Below are positions 45,403-55,373 of a stretch of 64,000 nt of DNA, one piece after another. Position 1 is the stretch's first letter. Each line of letters starts with the position of its first letter. The notes beneath the pieces were generated by a model. It searched no databases. It had not been told where the DNA came from and saw nothing but the letters and a program-made list of their open reading frames with translations. The position numbers and the translations under genes were made by a program. Origin of the DNA: Dehalococcoidia bacterium (lineage in GTDB: Bacteria; Chloroflexota; Dehalococcoidia; Lucifugimonadales; UBA3495); contig CBDBDE010000002.1 in NCBI GenBank assembly GCA_965203675.1, positions 600,990 to 664,989 on the forward strand, given 5' to 3'.

Positions 45403-45945
45403 ATGGGTATTCAGATTAAGCGTGTTGGACATGTGGGGATCCTGGTATCCGATTTCGAGCGGTCATTCAAGTTCTACACCGAGGTCCTGGGCTGCAAGGT
45501 GACCTCGCGGCGCCGCCGGCCCGACGGAGCGGAGACGGCCTTCCTGCGGTTTGAAGAGACCCACCACGACTTCGTCATCGCCACCGCTCCCGACGACGTG
45601 GACGTTTCCGAGAACGTTGCCGCGCGGGCCCGTTTGGTGCAACAGGTGGCCTTCGAGGTGGAGAACCGGGATGAGTTCATGAAGGCTCTGGCCCACATCC
45701 ACACCCACGGCGCGGAGATTGTCAGCGGTCCCCTCACCCACGGCATCGAGTCCGGCGGGAACCTGGAGGGCAGCGGCAGCCGTTCCTTCTACTTCCTGGA
45801 CCCGGACGGCAACCGGCTGGAGATCTTCTGCGACGGAATGAAGGTGCCCAACGGGGAGCAGTTCCCCCGGGCCGAGTACGCCGACGCCATCAAGGACTTC
45901 ATGGACAAGAAGGCGGGCAAGGTCCCGGTCTCCGCGGACGACTAA
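45403..45945 (+). CDS. VOC-family protein (glyoxalase / extradiol dioxygenase fold)
   Basis: 'IKRVGHVGILVSDFERSFKFYTEVLG' and 'FYFLDPDGNRLEIF' are VOC beta-alpha-beta-beta-beta module signatures. GGAAGGAGG RBS. Confidence 0.8.
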   Translation: MGIQIKRVGHVGILVSDFERSFKFYTEVLGCKVTSRRRRPDGAETAFLRFEETHHDFVIATAPDDVDVSENVAARARLVQQVAFEVENRDEFMKALAHIHTHGAEIVSGPLTHGIESGGNLEGSGSRSFYFLDPDGNRLEIFCDGMKVPNGEQFPRAEYADAIKDFMDKKAGKVPVSADD

Positions 45946-45986
45946 ACAAAGCCGGCCGGACCTTCCGGCAGTCAGGCCAAAGAATG

Positions 45987-46018
45987 GACGGCGGGGAATT
46001 TCCCCGCCGTCCTGTTTT
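45987..46018. terminator. Rho-independent (probably bidirectional) terminator between convergent genes
   Basis: Perfect 10-bp stem gacggcgggg/ccccgccgtc with loop aattt, followed by ctgtttt. Confidence 0.7.
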
Positions 46019-46050
46019 CATGGAATGTCGTTACGGGAGCGCCGGAGTGG

Positions 46051-47397
46051 CTAGAAGCCCGCTTTCTCTGTCGCCCCCAACCCGGGGAGGTCGGCGTTTG
46101 CAGGGGCTGAGCCGTTGCCGTTGGATGGATACATCTCGTCCAGGATGGCGTCCCGCCACTCCACGCCGGGGCCGAGGAGCCGCTCGATGGCTCGAATGCG
46201 GTAGTAGCTGGTGCCGGTCCCGGGAGGGTCGCCTCCGTCGGCCACGGTGCGGGTGGCTTCCAGTAGCAGGCGGCGGGCGTGGACGATGGCCATGTCGCTG
46301 CGGGACAGGTTCTCCAGGGAGCGGTCCACGATGGAACCCATGCTCTCCTGCACCGCCACGTCCTGGGCGTTGATGCCCTCGATGCCGGTGAAGGTCTCGT
46401 GCTTCTGGACGGTCCTGTCTATCAGCCAGTCGTTGCCCCGGTTGCCCACGGTGCGGTAGTCGGGGAGGATATGCTGCGCGCCCCGGCCGTATCCTTCCTC
46501 CATCGCCACCCATTCCTCCTCGGTGATGGGCTGGTCGTCATAGCTGTAGGTGAAGTTGTAAATCATGCAATTGTGGTCGTCCATGGGGACCCACATGTGG
46601 CCGGAGATGATGGCGTGGGCGGAACGTCCCCGGAAGGCTGACTGGCTGGGCCGCAACTGGTGGAAGGGCATGACATAGTGGTAGCCCCGCACGATGCTGC
46701 CCCGCTCTCCCAGTGAGCGGACGCCGGAATAACGGTAGCCGTAGTCGGTGACATCCACCTCGACCAGGGGAGCACCCCCCTTGACCAGGTCGGAGTCAAT
46801 GCGGATGCCCGCCTTGTCGGTGTCTGAGGTTATGGTGCGGTGCAGGATGGGCGCGTGGGCGGTGTCGATTCCGCCCTCCAGTCCCTGAAGCCAGTTGCAT
46901 TCCTGCATGTTCTTGGAGACGTGGCGGTGGGTCTCGGGAAGCAGGGTCCACTCGAAATTGGGCGGTGGGGGCTGCTTGCCCGGCCCTCCCAGGTAGGCCC
47001 AGATGACGCCGCCCTGCTCGATGGTGGGGTAGTTCTTGATGGTGACCTTGTCCTTGAAATCGCTGTCCGTCGGCTCATTCATCATGTCCAGGCACCTGCC
47101 CTCCACGTCGAACTTCCACCCGTGGTAGACGCAGCGGATGCCGCACTCCTCGTTGCGGGCCAGGAAGAGGGACGCCCGCCGGTGGGGGCAGTATTCGTCC
47201 AGCAGCCCGATGCGGCCCTCGGAGTCGCGGAAGGCGATGAGGTCCTCACCCAGCAGCCGCACCCGCACCGGGGCCCCGTCGGGTTCCGGCAGCTCGACGG
47301 ACAGGGCTGCGGGCATCCAGTACCGGCGCATGGTCTCGCCCATAGGCGTGCCGGCGTCGGTCAGGGTCAGGGTCATGTTGTCCATCCGGGTAAGCAT
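46051..47397 (-). CDS. Rieske (2Fe-2S) aromatic-ring-hydroxylating oxygenase, alpha subunit (phthalate/KshA-like family)
   Basis: Rieske motif 'CPHRRASL...GIRCVYHGWKF' and a mononuclear-iron region ('NWLQGLEGGIDTAHAPILH'). No beta-subunit gene is adjacent. AGGAGG RBS. Confidence 0.85.
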   Translation of the reverse strand: MLTRMDNMTLTLTDAGTPMGETMRRYWMPAALSVELPEPDGAPVRVRLLGEDLIAFRDSEGRIGLLDEYCPHRRASLFLARNEECGIRCVYHGWKFDVEGRCLDMMNEPTDSDFKDKVTIKNYPTIEQGGVIWAYLGGPGKQPPPPNFEWTLLPETHRHVSKNMQECNWLQGLEGGIDTAHAPILHRTITSDTDKAGIRIDSDLVKGGAPLVEVDVTDYGYRYSGVRSLGERGSIVRGYHYVMPFHQLRPSQSAFRGRSAHAIISGHMWVPMDDHNCMIYNFTYSYDDQPITEEEWVAMEEGYGRGAQHILPDYRTVGNRGNDWLIDRTVQKHETFTGIEGINAQDVAVQESMGSIVDRSLENLSRSDMAIVHARRLLLEATRTVADGGDPPGTGTSYYRIRAIERLLGPGVEWRDAILDEMYPSNGNGSAPANADLPGLGATEKAGF

Positions 47398-47592
47398 GGT
47401 CTCCTCCTACAAGGGCCCGGCGTTGAGCGTGATGCGCCTGCGGAATTTCAAGGGAGTATAGGATTGGCCCCATCGGGCGTCAATCGGCCCATCAGGAGCG
47501 GTGCCGGATAACGAGACTGGCCGGAGCATTTTCGCTCCGGCCGGTTTTCTTTCCCTTGGCCGGTCGTGGGTACGGCCTGACGCCGGCCGGGG

Positions 47593-48471
47593 TTACCCCT
47601 GCCGCACGAACTTGTCGATGCCGGTGCCGTCGCTGAGGCCGACGTAGATATCGCCCCGTGAGTCCACCCAGCTGCCGTGCCCCGGGCCGCGGCAGGGGAA
47701 GCGGGCCAGGACGTTGCCCGATGTGTCCAGTACGCTGACCCTGGCCGAGGAGTCTTCAACCGGACCCTCGCTAATGACCAGGACGCCCTCGCTGTCCACG
47801 GAGATGTCCATGGGCCGCTGGATGTCGTCCCAGATGGCGATGAACTCGCCGTCCAGGGTGAAGAGCTGCATCCGGTGGTTCTCCCGGTCGCAGAGGAAGA
47901 TGGTGTCGTTGTGGATCAGAAGGCTGTGGGGCAGGTGGAAGTGCCCCGGCTCGGTCTTCCCCGGCGCTCCCCAGGACTGCTTGAGCTGGCCGTCCCAGGT
48001 GAAGCGATGGATGCGGGCGTTGCGGTACCCGTCGGAGACGTAGAGGTCGCCGGAGGGGGAGGGGATCATCTCGGTGGGATAGTTGAAGGGTCCGGCGGCC
48101 CGGGGGCACAAGTCCCCGGGGTTCTCGCAGCCGGTGTCCGAGTGGACGCCGTGGCGTCCCAGCATCTGGATGGGCTTGCCGTCAATGGTGTAGACCAGGC
48201 ACACGGAGTTGTCCCGGTCGGTGAGATAGACGGTGTCGTCTTCGATGTAGATGCCGTGGGCGAAGGAAAAGGCCCCGTTGCCCCAGCTGTCCAGCAGGTT
48301 CCCGTCCCGGTCGAAGATGAGGATGGGCGGGTCTTTGCGCTGGAAGGCGAATACCCGGTCCTGGGAGTCCGCGGCCATGGCGCTGACCATGGCAAAGGTC
48401 TCGCCCTCGGGCAGCTTGGCCCAGTTTTCCACCATCTCATAGGTATACTTGCCGCTTCCTACCGTGGTCAT
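47593..48471 (-). CDS. NHL-repeat / PAL-like six-bladed beta-propeller protein
   Basis: Repeated 'D..G.(I/V)YV.D..N.R(I/V)..F' blades ('DTVYLTDRDNSVCLVY', 'GDLYVSDGYRNARIHRF', 'DTIFLCDRENHRMQLF'). AAGGAGG RBS. Confidence 0.7.
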   Translation of the reverse strand: MTTVGSGKYTYEMVENWAKLPEGETFAMVSAMAADSQDRVFAFQRKDPPILIFDRDGNLLDSWGNGAFSFAHGIYIEDDTVYLTDRDNSVCLVYTIDGKPIQMLGRHGVHSDTGCENPGDLCPRAAGPFNYPTEMIPSPSGDLYVSDGYRNARIHRFTWDGQLKQSWGAPGKTEPGHFHLPHSLLIHNDTIFLCDRENHRMQLFTLDGEFIAIWDDIQRPMDISVDSEGVLVISEGPVEDSSARVSVLDTSGNVLARFPCRGPGHGSWVDSRGDIYVGLSDGTGIDKFVRQG

Positions 48472-48543
48472 GCTTCTGGCCTCCTTATAGGTGGGTTGGA
48501 TGGGGTGACTTGGATGACGCTATTGTAACGCGGGAGCCTGTGT

Positions 48544-49587
48544 TTATTTCAGGTGGGGCATTACCTCTTCGGAAAACAGCTTCATGGAACGCAAAACCTT
48601 TTCGTGCTCCATGCCGCCGAAGTCGAAATTGCAGCCGAAGTATTCGATGCCCTCGGCGCGGAGGGCGTTGATCCTGTCCAGGCATTGCCGGGGAGTGCCG
48701 ATGATGGCCCGGTTGTCGGCCAGGTATTCGTAGCTGAGGGGAAGCTGGTGCCGGGAGCGGCGCCAGTTGTCCATCTGCTGGTAGACTTCGCTGCCTTCTT
48801 CGATGTTGTTGCGCCACTGCATGATGTCGATTACCCAGTTAAGCTTGTCCAGGGTGTCGCGCCGGGCCTCATCCTCGCTCTCGGCAACGTAGAAGTAGCG
48901 GAAGAAGGGAATCTCCGACTTGGGCAGGTTGAATCCCGTATCGGCGGACTTGTCCACGAACCGTTGGCACAGGTCCAGGGCCTCCGAAGTGTCCTGCACC
49001 ACGGCGATGCAGAGGCTGTGTCCCGTGGATACCACGAAGTCCAGCGTGACCGGATTCCTGGTGGCGGCCAGGTAGATAGGGGGATGGGGTTGCTGGGCCG
49101 GTGTGGGCACTAGGTTGGCATGGCTGGCCTGGAAGTGCTTCCCGTCCATGGTGAAGTCGGGGGTCGTCCACAGGCCCTGGATCATTCTCACTGATTCCTG
49201 GAACCGGCTCTGGCTCTCGTCGGGGTCGACGTTGTATCCCCGGTACTCGTAGCCCGAGCCGGAGCCTCGCCCGAAGCCCACGTCCAGCCGGCCGCCGCTG
49301 ATCAGGTCCAGTGTGGCGGTGTCCTCGGCCAGGCGGAGTGGGTTGTGCAGCGGGGAAACGAGGACCGCGGTGCCGAGGCGTATCCGCTGGGTTCGGGCGG
49401 CGAGATGGGTGGCGACGATGAGCGACGAGGAGCCGATGCAGTAGCGGGTAAAATGGTGCTCGGCCAGCCAGGCGCTGTGGAATCCCAATTCCTCGGCATA
49501 CTGGACCTGCTCCGTGGTGTCGGCGATTACAGCGGCGGCCTCCCGGCCCTCGGGCCAGGGCAGGTGGGTGAAAAAGGCGAACTTCAT
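48544..49587 (-). CDS. LLM-class flavin-dependent oxidoreductase
   Basis: 'LGFHSAWLAEHHFTRY...ARTQRIRLGTAVLVSPLHNPLRLAEDTATLDLISGGRLDVGFGRG'. Confidence 0.85.
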   Translation of the reverse strand: MKFAFFTHLPWPEGREAAAVIADTTEQVQYAEELGFHSAWLAEHHFTRYCIGSSSLIVATHLAARTQRIRLGTAVLVSPLHNPLRLAEDTATLDLISGGRLDVGFGRGSGSGYEYRGYNVDPDESQSRFQESVRMIQGLWTTPDFTMDGKHFQASHANLVPTPAQQPHPPIYLAATRNPVTLDFVVSTGHSLCIAVVQDTSEALDLCQRFVDKSADTGFNLPKSEIPFFRYFYVAESEDEARRDTLDKLNWVIDIMQWRNNIEEGSEVYQQMDNWRRSRHQLPLSYEYLADNRAIIGTPRQCLDRINALRAEGIEYFGCNFDFGGMEHEKVLRSMKLFSEEVMPHLK

Positions 49588-49675
49588 GAGGGGAGTTTAA
49601 GGGGTGCGGGTTGCTTGCGCCAGTGTCTTTTCGGTCCATGACCGGAACCGGTCTGGGTTGACCCGCCGGCCGGCG

Positions 49676-51715
49676 TTAACCCAATGCGAACCATCCCAGG
49701 TGCCGGTGGCTCAGCAACCCGGCGTAAATCACGACAATGCCTATCCCGACGATGATGGAAAGCCACCGATCCGAGAGTTGGTGGCGGGTCTCGGGGAACA
49801 CGACCACATAGGGGGCTTGGGCCTCCGGTTCGTCCTGCCGGGGTTGTTGTTCCAACTGTCTCATGCCGCGCTCGTGGTGCAGGTCCCAAACGTTAATGGT
49901 TAGGAAAATGATGACGGCGGAGATCAGCATGGCGAACACGTCGATGAGGAACATGGAAAACGGTTGCTTCTCAGCATCGAATTCGGGACGGGAGAGCAGC
50001 GCGAAGAAAATAGTGATCCCGGCGAAGATGATCAGGGCGAACAGTTCTCCGAGGACCAGTCCCAACTGCTTGGAACGGGCCATGGCATCCAGGTCTGCTT
50101 CAGCCTCGTTGAAGGCTAACCGTTCCTCGACGTCGTTCAGAAAGACGGCGGAATTGAAGTAGCCCCGGGCTTGGGAATACGCTTCTTTGAGATCGGCCTG
50201 ATTCCTGGGTGCGTCGATGCGGATAACGCACTCCAGGATAGCGCGGTCTATGACGCCTCTCTTGGCAAACATGTCGAGCCTTCGGAATAGACTGAAGGCC
50301 TGCGCTTCTTCCGCGTGGCTGCGGGACACCAGGGTTGCGATTCGAAAGGCCAGCAACAGGGTGAATATGGTGGCCGAGAGTCCAACCACTTCGAAGTAAT
50401 GATCGGTCACCCAGGAATTATCACCATTGCTCAGGAAACCCTTGAATAGACTGCTCCGAAAATACACAAAAGTGCCACACGCGCCCAGCGCGATCATGAG
50501 CGCTTTGAATCCCCAGCGGATCTCGGCTTCGAAAATGAGGAGCAGGTTGGCGATGATGATGGCGACAACGCCGATGATTAGGTAATCTCCTGCGACCGAG
50601 ATTTTTTCGATCAGATACTCCCCGTTGACCACGGTTAACGAGAGAGCCAGGAGCCACAGCAGGGTCAATATGGGCCTCATGTGTTCCAGCGCGTTTATCC
50701 CGGGGTTGTGGGCCAACAGAATGCTGGACTGTCTCCAGGCTATCCCCGCGATGGGCTGGATCAATGCTCCCCCAATGATGATGAGTACTAGCGCACTGAC
50801 GGGAATAATTTCATTGATGGAAACGCTCTTGTCGAGAATGGTCTCACCGGAGTTGATGCCGATCAGCAGGCTCAGGGGAACTATCAGCAAGGTGGCGATG
50901 AGACCGGCGGCTGTGGCGCAAAACAGATCTATTGAGCGGGACTCATAGCCGCTGCGTTCGATCAAGTCGTCGGGCAGGGCTCCCCTCAAGCTGGCCCCCC
51001 AGGCCAGCGAACGCCTGTTGAGGCCGTAGATGATCGCTGAACCAACGGCGAGCAAAATACCCAGGGCCAATAGCCAGAGGGTCGGGTCCGCCGAGGAAGA
51101 TGCCGACCCCTGCAATGTGTCGGCGAGTTGTGTGACCCAGGCCGTCGGGCCAACTGAAGATGGCGTGGCCTCCCGCACTCCAGCTACGAGTTGGCCGGAT
51201 AGCACGAAGGCAGTGCCAACCACCCCTAGACCGATGAAGAGCACCTTTGCCGGGGTCATCGTCACGGAAGTCTCGTTGCCTTCCAGATCATGGTGCGACA
51301 GCCAGCTTGCCAGAATCGCAACGATTGGCGCGATTTCAAACAGGATAACGGCCACGGCCACGTCCAGATACCTCAGGGACATGGCGAACAGGGCTATGTT
51401 GAAATACGAGATGGCTATCAGCAGAATCTGAAAGCTGAACATCCTGCGGAAGACTGTTTTCCACACTGTCCAGTTGAAGAACAGCTTCGAAAAGCACGCC
51501 GCCAGGAACAGCGCGTATACAATGGCGATGCCGCCCCTCCACCCCATGGTGAACAAGAAGGGGTGGTCCTTGCTGTCGGTCAGCACGACGGCCACTGGTA
51601 TGAAGGAGTAGCAAAGGACGGCGAAGAGCATAAGCCCGGCGCTCTTCAGGTTGCTCTCCGGCCCTTCGGCATCCGCGCCTCTCGGAGTTAGGGCTGTTGT
51701 CAGATCTAATGCCAC
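49676..51715 (-). CDS. Large polytopic membrane protein, N-terminal half EamA/DMT-like (tentative); low GC
   Basis: 679 aa with more than 14 hydrophobic segments. A sampled line is about 50% GC versus about 65-70% in neighbours. GTG start at 51715 is uncertain. Confidence 0.55.
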   Translation of the reverse strand: MALDLTTALTPRGADAEGPESNLKSAGLMLFAVLCYSFIPVAVVLTDSKDHPFLFTMGWRGGIAIVYALFLAACFSKLFFNWTVWKTVFRRMFSFQILLIAISYFNIALFAMSLRYLDVAVAVILFEIAPIVAILASWLSHHDLEGNETSVTMTPAKVLFIGLGVVGTAFVLSGQLVAGVREATPSSVGPTAWVTQLADTLQGSASSSADPTLWLLALGILLAVGSAIIYGLNRRSLAWGASLRGALPDDLIERSGYESRSIDLFCATAAGLIATLLIVPLSLLIGINSGETILDKSVSINEIIPVSALVLIIIGGALIQPIAGIAWRQSSILLAHNPGINALEHMRPILTLLWLLALSLTVVNGEYLIEKISVAGDYLIIGVVAIIIANLLLIFEAEIRWGFKALMIALGACGTFVYFRSSLFKGFLSNGDNSWVTDHYFEVVGLSATIFTLLLAFRIATLVSRSHAEEAQAFSLFRRLDMFAKRGVIDRAILECVIRIDAPRNQADLKEAYSQARGYFNSAVFLNDVEERLAFNEAEADLDAMARSKQLGLVLGELFALIIFAGITIFFALLSRPEFDAEKQPFSMFLIDVFAMLISAVIIFLTINVWDLHHERGMRQLEQQPRQDEPEAQAPYVVVFPETRHQLSDRWLSIIVGIGIVVIYAGLLSHRHLGWFALG

Positions 51716-52092
51716 GTTGGGATTATAACACGCCGGTATGCTGACGCCTTTCGGCGGTTTGGCCCCTCAGGATGATTGTAAAGTGCCTTATAGCACCTCT
51801 ACATCCAGTAACCTCAGTCCAGACCTTTCGTCCCGTCTCTTTCCCGCGCATGAGGGAATCCACACCCCCATCACCCCTCCCTGGTTCCCCGCCGCCGTCG
51901 GCGTTAACTTACCCGTTTACACTTCCCAGTCAATTGGTTAGTCCCTTGCCGCTCCTTTCCTAGAGTGCACGTTGCGGCTATAATCTACGGGTAAATTAAC
52001 GCCGTTCGCCGGGCTGGGTATGTGCGGAAAGAGGGCGTCGGAAATTCCGGCGGAACGGCAAGCCCTAAACATTTGGAAGCGGAGGGCGTGCA

Positions 52093-53496
52093 ATGCCAGG
52101 CAAGGAAGACATTGCCCTGATGGCCCACCTGATGCGCCGCGCCGGGTTCGGTGCGGGGCGCGACGAACTGGAGGCCAGGGCGGAGCAGGGCTATGAAGCC
52201 ACTGTGGAGGACCTGCTGAATCCCGACAATCACCCGCCGGTGGACGACGACGTGCTGTTCCGGTACTTCCCCAACTACGAAGGTGGGATGGCGCCGGTGC
52301 AGTCCCAGGCCCACTGGCTCTACCGCATGGTCAACACCCAGCGGCCGCTGGAGGAGAAGATGGTCCTCTTCTGGCACCAGCTTTTCGCCACCGGCAACTC
52401 TAAAATCGACAATCCGCCGGAGATGGTGCAGCAGATCGCCATGTTCCGCAGCCATGCCCTGGACCGGTTCCCCGACATCCTGGTCGAGCTGGCGAAAAAT
52501 CCGGCGATGATCTACTGGCTGGACAACAACGGCAACCACAAGGGTGCCATCAACGAGAACTGGGGACGGGAGCTGCTGGAGCTCTTCTCCATGGGCGTCG
52601 GCAACTACTCCGAGGACGACATCAAGGAAGCGTCCCGGGCCTTCACCGGCTGGACCATCGCCCCCAAGATTCCACGCCTGCCCCTGGGACGGTTCTACTG
52701 GGAGTTCGAGTACGATCCCGCGGACCACGACTTCGAGGAAAAGACCTTCCTTGGCGAGAAGGGAAACTTCAACGGCGACGACATCATCAATATCATTGTG
52801 CGGCAGCCGGCCACGGCCAGGTTCCTCTGCCGCCACCTGTACAACTTCTTCGTGGCTGACGAGGTCCAGGTGCCGGCGTGGAATGACACCCCGCCCAAGG
52901 ACCCCGAGGCAATCGAAATCCTGACCCAGTCCTACTTCGAGTCGGACTACGACCTGAAGGCCGTCCTGCGGACTCTGTTCAACTCGGACTTCTTCAAGAA
53001 TTCCCGCTTCACCCGGGTCAAGAGTCCCGCCGAGCTGGTGGTCAGCACCCTGCGGCTGTCGGGCGGCTTCAACGGGCCGCGGGAAGGCTATCAGGCCGCC
53101 GCCGCCGAGTGCGCCTTCCAGGGACAGGAACTGCTGAATCCCCCCAGCGTGGAAAGCTGGCACACCGGCGAGGAGTGGATTGACGGCGGCGCCCTGGTGC
53201 GCCGGGTCAACTTTGCCGCCAGGTACCTTTCCGACACCCGTATGCCGGGCATCAGCGCCATCGTCCAGCGCCTGAGGGAGCAGGGCAGCCTGACCCCGGA
53301 GCGGTTCGTGGACGAGTGCCTGGACCAGATGGGCCCTCTGAAAGTCGAGGAACCCACCCGCCGGGAGTTGGTCAACCAGGTCAGCGACGGCGGCGATATC
53401 CGCTGGGACAGCGACGAGGCCGCAGCGGACGCGGAGCGCCGGGCGGGAATAACGCTGGCGCTGGTGGCCGCGTCGAGAGAGTATCAGTTTGCCTAA
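52093..53496 (+). CDS. DUF1800 domain-containing protein (cassette A)
   Basis: 'HLMRRAGFGAGRDELE', 'MVLFWHQLFAT', 'PAMIYWLDNN...NENWGRELLELFSMGVGNYSEDDIKEASRAFTGWT' are hallmark DUF1800 segments. No signal peptide is evident. Confidence 0.8.
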   Translation: MPGKEDIALMAHLMRRAGFGAGRDELEARAEQGYEATVEDLLNPDNHPPVDDDVLFRYFPNYEGGMAPVQSQAHWLYRMVNTQRPLEEKMVLFWHQLFATGNSKIDNPPEMVQQIAMFRSHALDRFPDILVELAKNPAMIYWLDNNGNHKGAINENWGRELLELFSMGVGNYSEDDIKEASRAFTGWTIAPKIPRLPLGRFYWEFEYDPADHDFEEKTFLGEKGNFNGDDIINIIVRQPATARFLCRHLYNFFVADEVQVPAWNDTPPKDPEAIEILTQSYFESDYDLKAVLRTLFNSDFFKNSRFTRVKSPAELVVSTLRLSGGFNGPREGYQAAAAECAFQGQELLNPPSVESWHTGEEWIDGGALVRRVNFAARYLSDTRMPGISAIVQRLREQGSLTPERFVDECLDQMGPLKVEEPTRRELVNQVSDGGDIRWDSDEAAADAERRAGITLALVAASREYQFA

Positions 53497-53568
53497 ATCC
53501 CCCTGAGCCGGTGCGCCGGCTCTCCCCAACCAGTTTGCCCAAACAGCAAACCGCGGCAGGAGGAGATA

Positions 53569-54705
53569 ATGACCGCAACCAAGAAAGACCCCGTCCTGGT
53601 GATCCTGCAGCTCACCGGGGCCAACGATCCGCTGAGCACCGTCGTTCCCTACACCAATCCCCACTACCATGACGCACGGCCCAACGTGGGCATCGCCGCC
53701 GACAAGGTGCTGCCCATCAACGACACGCTGGGATTCAACCCCCACGTCGGAGCAGTCAAGCACCTGTGGGACCAGGGCAAGGTCGCCATCATTCAGGGCA
53801 TCGGCTACGAGAACTCGCCCCGATCCCACTTCCGCTCCATGGACATTTGGCACACCTGCGAGCCGGACAAGGTGGGGACGGAGGGCTGGGTCGGACGGGT
53901 CATCCGCGACCTGGACCCCAACGGATCCAACGTGCTCAAGGGAATCAACGTGGGACAGGGGCTGCCCCGGGCCATGGCCCTCAAGGGCGTTCCGGTGACG
54001 TCGGTGTCCGACCTGGAGTCCTACGGCGTGCTTACAGACGTTCCGGTGGTGGACAATCAGGCCGAGCGGGAACGGATGCTGGACATCTTCTCCCGCATTT
54101 ACTCCCCGACCATCGGCTCCGGCCCGGTAATGGACTACCTGAGCCAGACCGGGCGGAACGTGCTGGACGGAGCGGACGTCCTCAAGACCGCTCCCGATAA
54201 GTACAGCTCCAACGTGGAGTACGCTGCCTCTCCCATCGCCCAGGCTCTAAAAACCGTGGCGCAGGTGCACCTGGCCGATCTCGGGGCGCAGGTCTTCTAC
54301 ACCCAGCATGGCAGCTTCGACACCCACTTCAACCAGGTCATGATGCACACGCGCCTGTGGACGGACGTGGGGCAGGCCATCGGCAACTTCTTCGATGACC
54401 TGCGGGAGCACGACGCAGCGGACAACGTCATCATGATGCTGTTCACCGAGTTCGGGCGCCGGGTCAAGGACAACGGCACCGGCACCGACCACGGCGCAGG
54501 CGGTGTCGCCTTCGTCATCGGCGATCCGGTCCAGGGCGGGCTGTACGGGACCTATCCCTCGCTGGCTCCTGAGGATCTGACCCAGGGCGACCTTGCTCCC
54601 AGCTACGACTTCCGCGGCTTCTACGCCTCGCTGTGCGAGCGTTGGCTGGGGCTGGATTCGGCGACCATCGTCGGCGGAACCTACGAGCAGATGGCCTTCG
54701 TCTAG
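53569..54705 (+). CDS. DUF1501 domain-containing protein (sulfatase/alkaline-phosphatase-like fold) (cassette A)
   Basis: 'YTQHGSFDTHFNQ' and 'FTEFGRRVKDNGTGTDHGAGG' are typical DUF1501 motifs. GGAGGAG RBS directly before ATG, with no Tat or Sec leader. Confidence 0.8.
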   Translation: MTATKKDPVLVILQLTGANDPLSTVVPYTNPHYHDARPNVGIAADKVLPINDTLGFNPHVGAVKHLWDQGKVAIIQGIGYENSPRSHFRSMDIWHTCEPDKVGTEGWVGRVIRDLDPNGSNVLKGINVGQGLPRAMALKGVPVTSVSDLESYGVLTDVPVVDNQAERERMLDIFSRIYSPTIGSGPVMDYLSQTGRNVLDGADVLKTAPDKYSSNVEYAASPIAQALKTVAQVHLADLGAQVFYTQHGSFDTHFNQVMMHTRLWTDVGQAIGNFFDDLREHDAADNVIMMLFTEFGRRVKDNGTGTDHGAGGVAFVIGDPVQGGLYGTYPSLAPEDLTQGDLAPSYDFRGFYASLCERWLGLDSATIVGGTYEQMAFV

Positions 54706-54818
54706 CCGAGGACCGAACACGGCAGGATACTCGGGCAGACCGCTGGCGGCCAAGCTGGGAATCAGGGCTGGCGCTGCGGTCTGCTTCTTCAGTGTGCTTC
54801 TGGAAATGGGCGAACCCC

Positions 54819-55346
54819 ATGAGGGTGGATGACTTGACCACGGAATTACCTGATCCCGGCTCCGCTTCGTCGGAAGACTACGCGGCCATTAGCCGGCGTT
54901 TCGCTGCCCATGCCCGGGATGAATTGAGCCTGGGGAACCGGCTGCAAGCGTCCGAGAAGGTTTGGGGAGCGGCCAACTACGCTCTCAAAGCCGTAGCCGT
55001 CCAGCGGGGCTGGCGGCACCGCGGCCAGCGAAACGTGTTTGCCGTGGCTGACCAGTTGGCGGCGGAACGCAACCGCCCCGCCTTCAAGGAATACCTGATG
55101 ATGGCGCGTGCGATACACTTTAACTTCTATGAGAATGACCTGGAAGCTTCGGATGTTGAAGAAGGGATTGATGCCGTCGATCGGTACCTTGCCGACCTGG
55201 ACGCGGTAAGGGCTTCTCCACCGCAGCCGTTCCGAATCTCCGACAGGAGAGACCAAAACCGGATTGCCCGCCTGGTAGGGGAAACCTTCCCCATCGGCAC
55301 TTACTCGGAAGAGGGGTTTATTCAACCGCTTGGTTCAACGAACTGA
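54819..55346 (+). CDS. Small helical protein, PaREP1/HEPN-like (tentative), paralog of 42637-43023
   Basis: 175 aa from ATG 54819. Contains 'ASEKVWGAANYALKAVAVQRGW' and 'ARAIHFNFYEN'. Confidence 0.5.
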   Translation: MRVDDLTTELPDPGSASSEDYAAISRRFAAHARDELSLGNRLQASEKVWGAANYALKAVAVQRGWRHRGQRNVFAVADQLAAERNRPAFKEYLMMARAIHFNFYENDLEASDVEEGIDAVDRYLADLDAVRASPPQPFRISDRRDQNRIARLVGETFPIGTYSEEGFIQPLGSTN

Positions 55347-55373
55347 ATTCTCTGATTACCTTTCGGGGGGATC

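Noticed and set aside
47519-47554. 9-bp hairpin (ggccggagc/gctccggcc) followed by a plus-strand T-tract, between the Rieske gene and the NHL gene (both on the minus strand).
   Set aside because: The U-tract is on the wrong strand for terminating the upstream minus-strand NHL gene, and no plus-strand gene precedes it. I noted it but did not call it a terminator.
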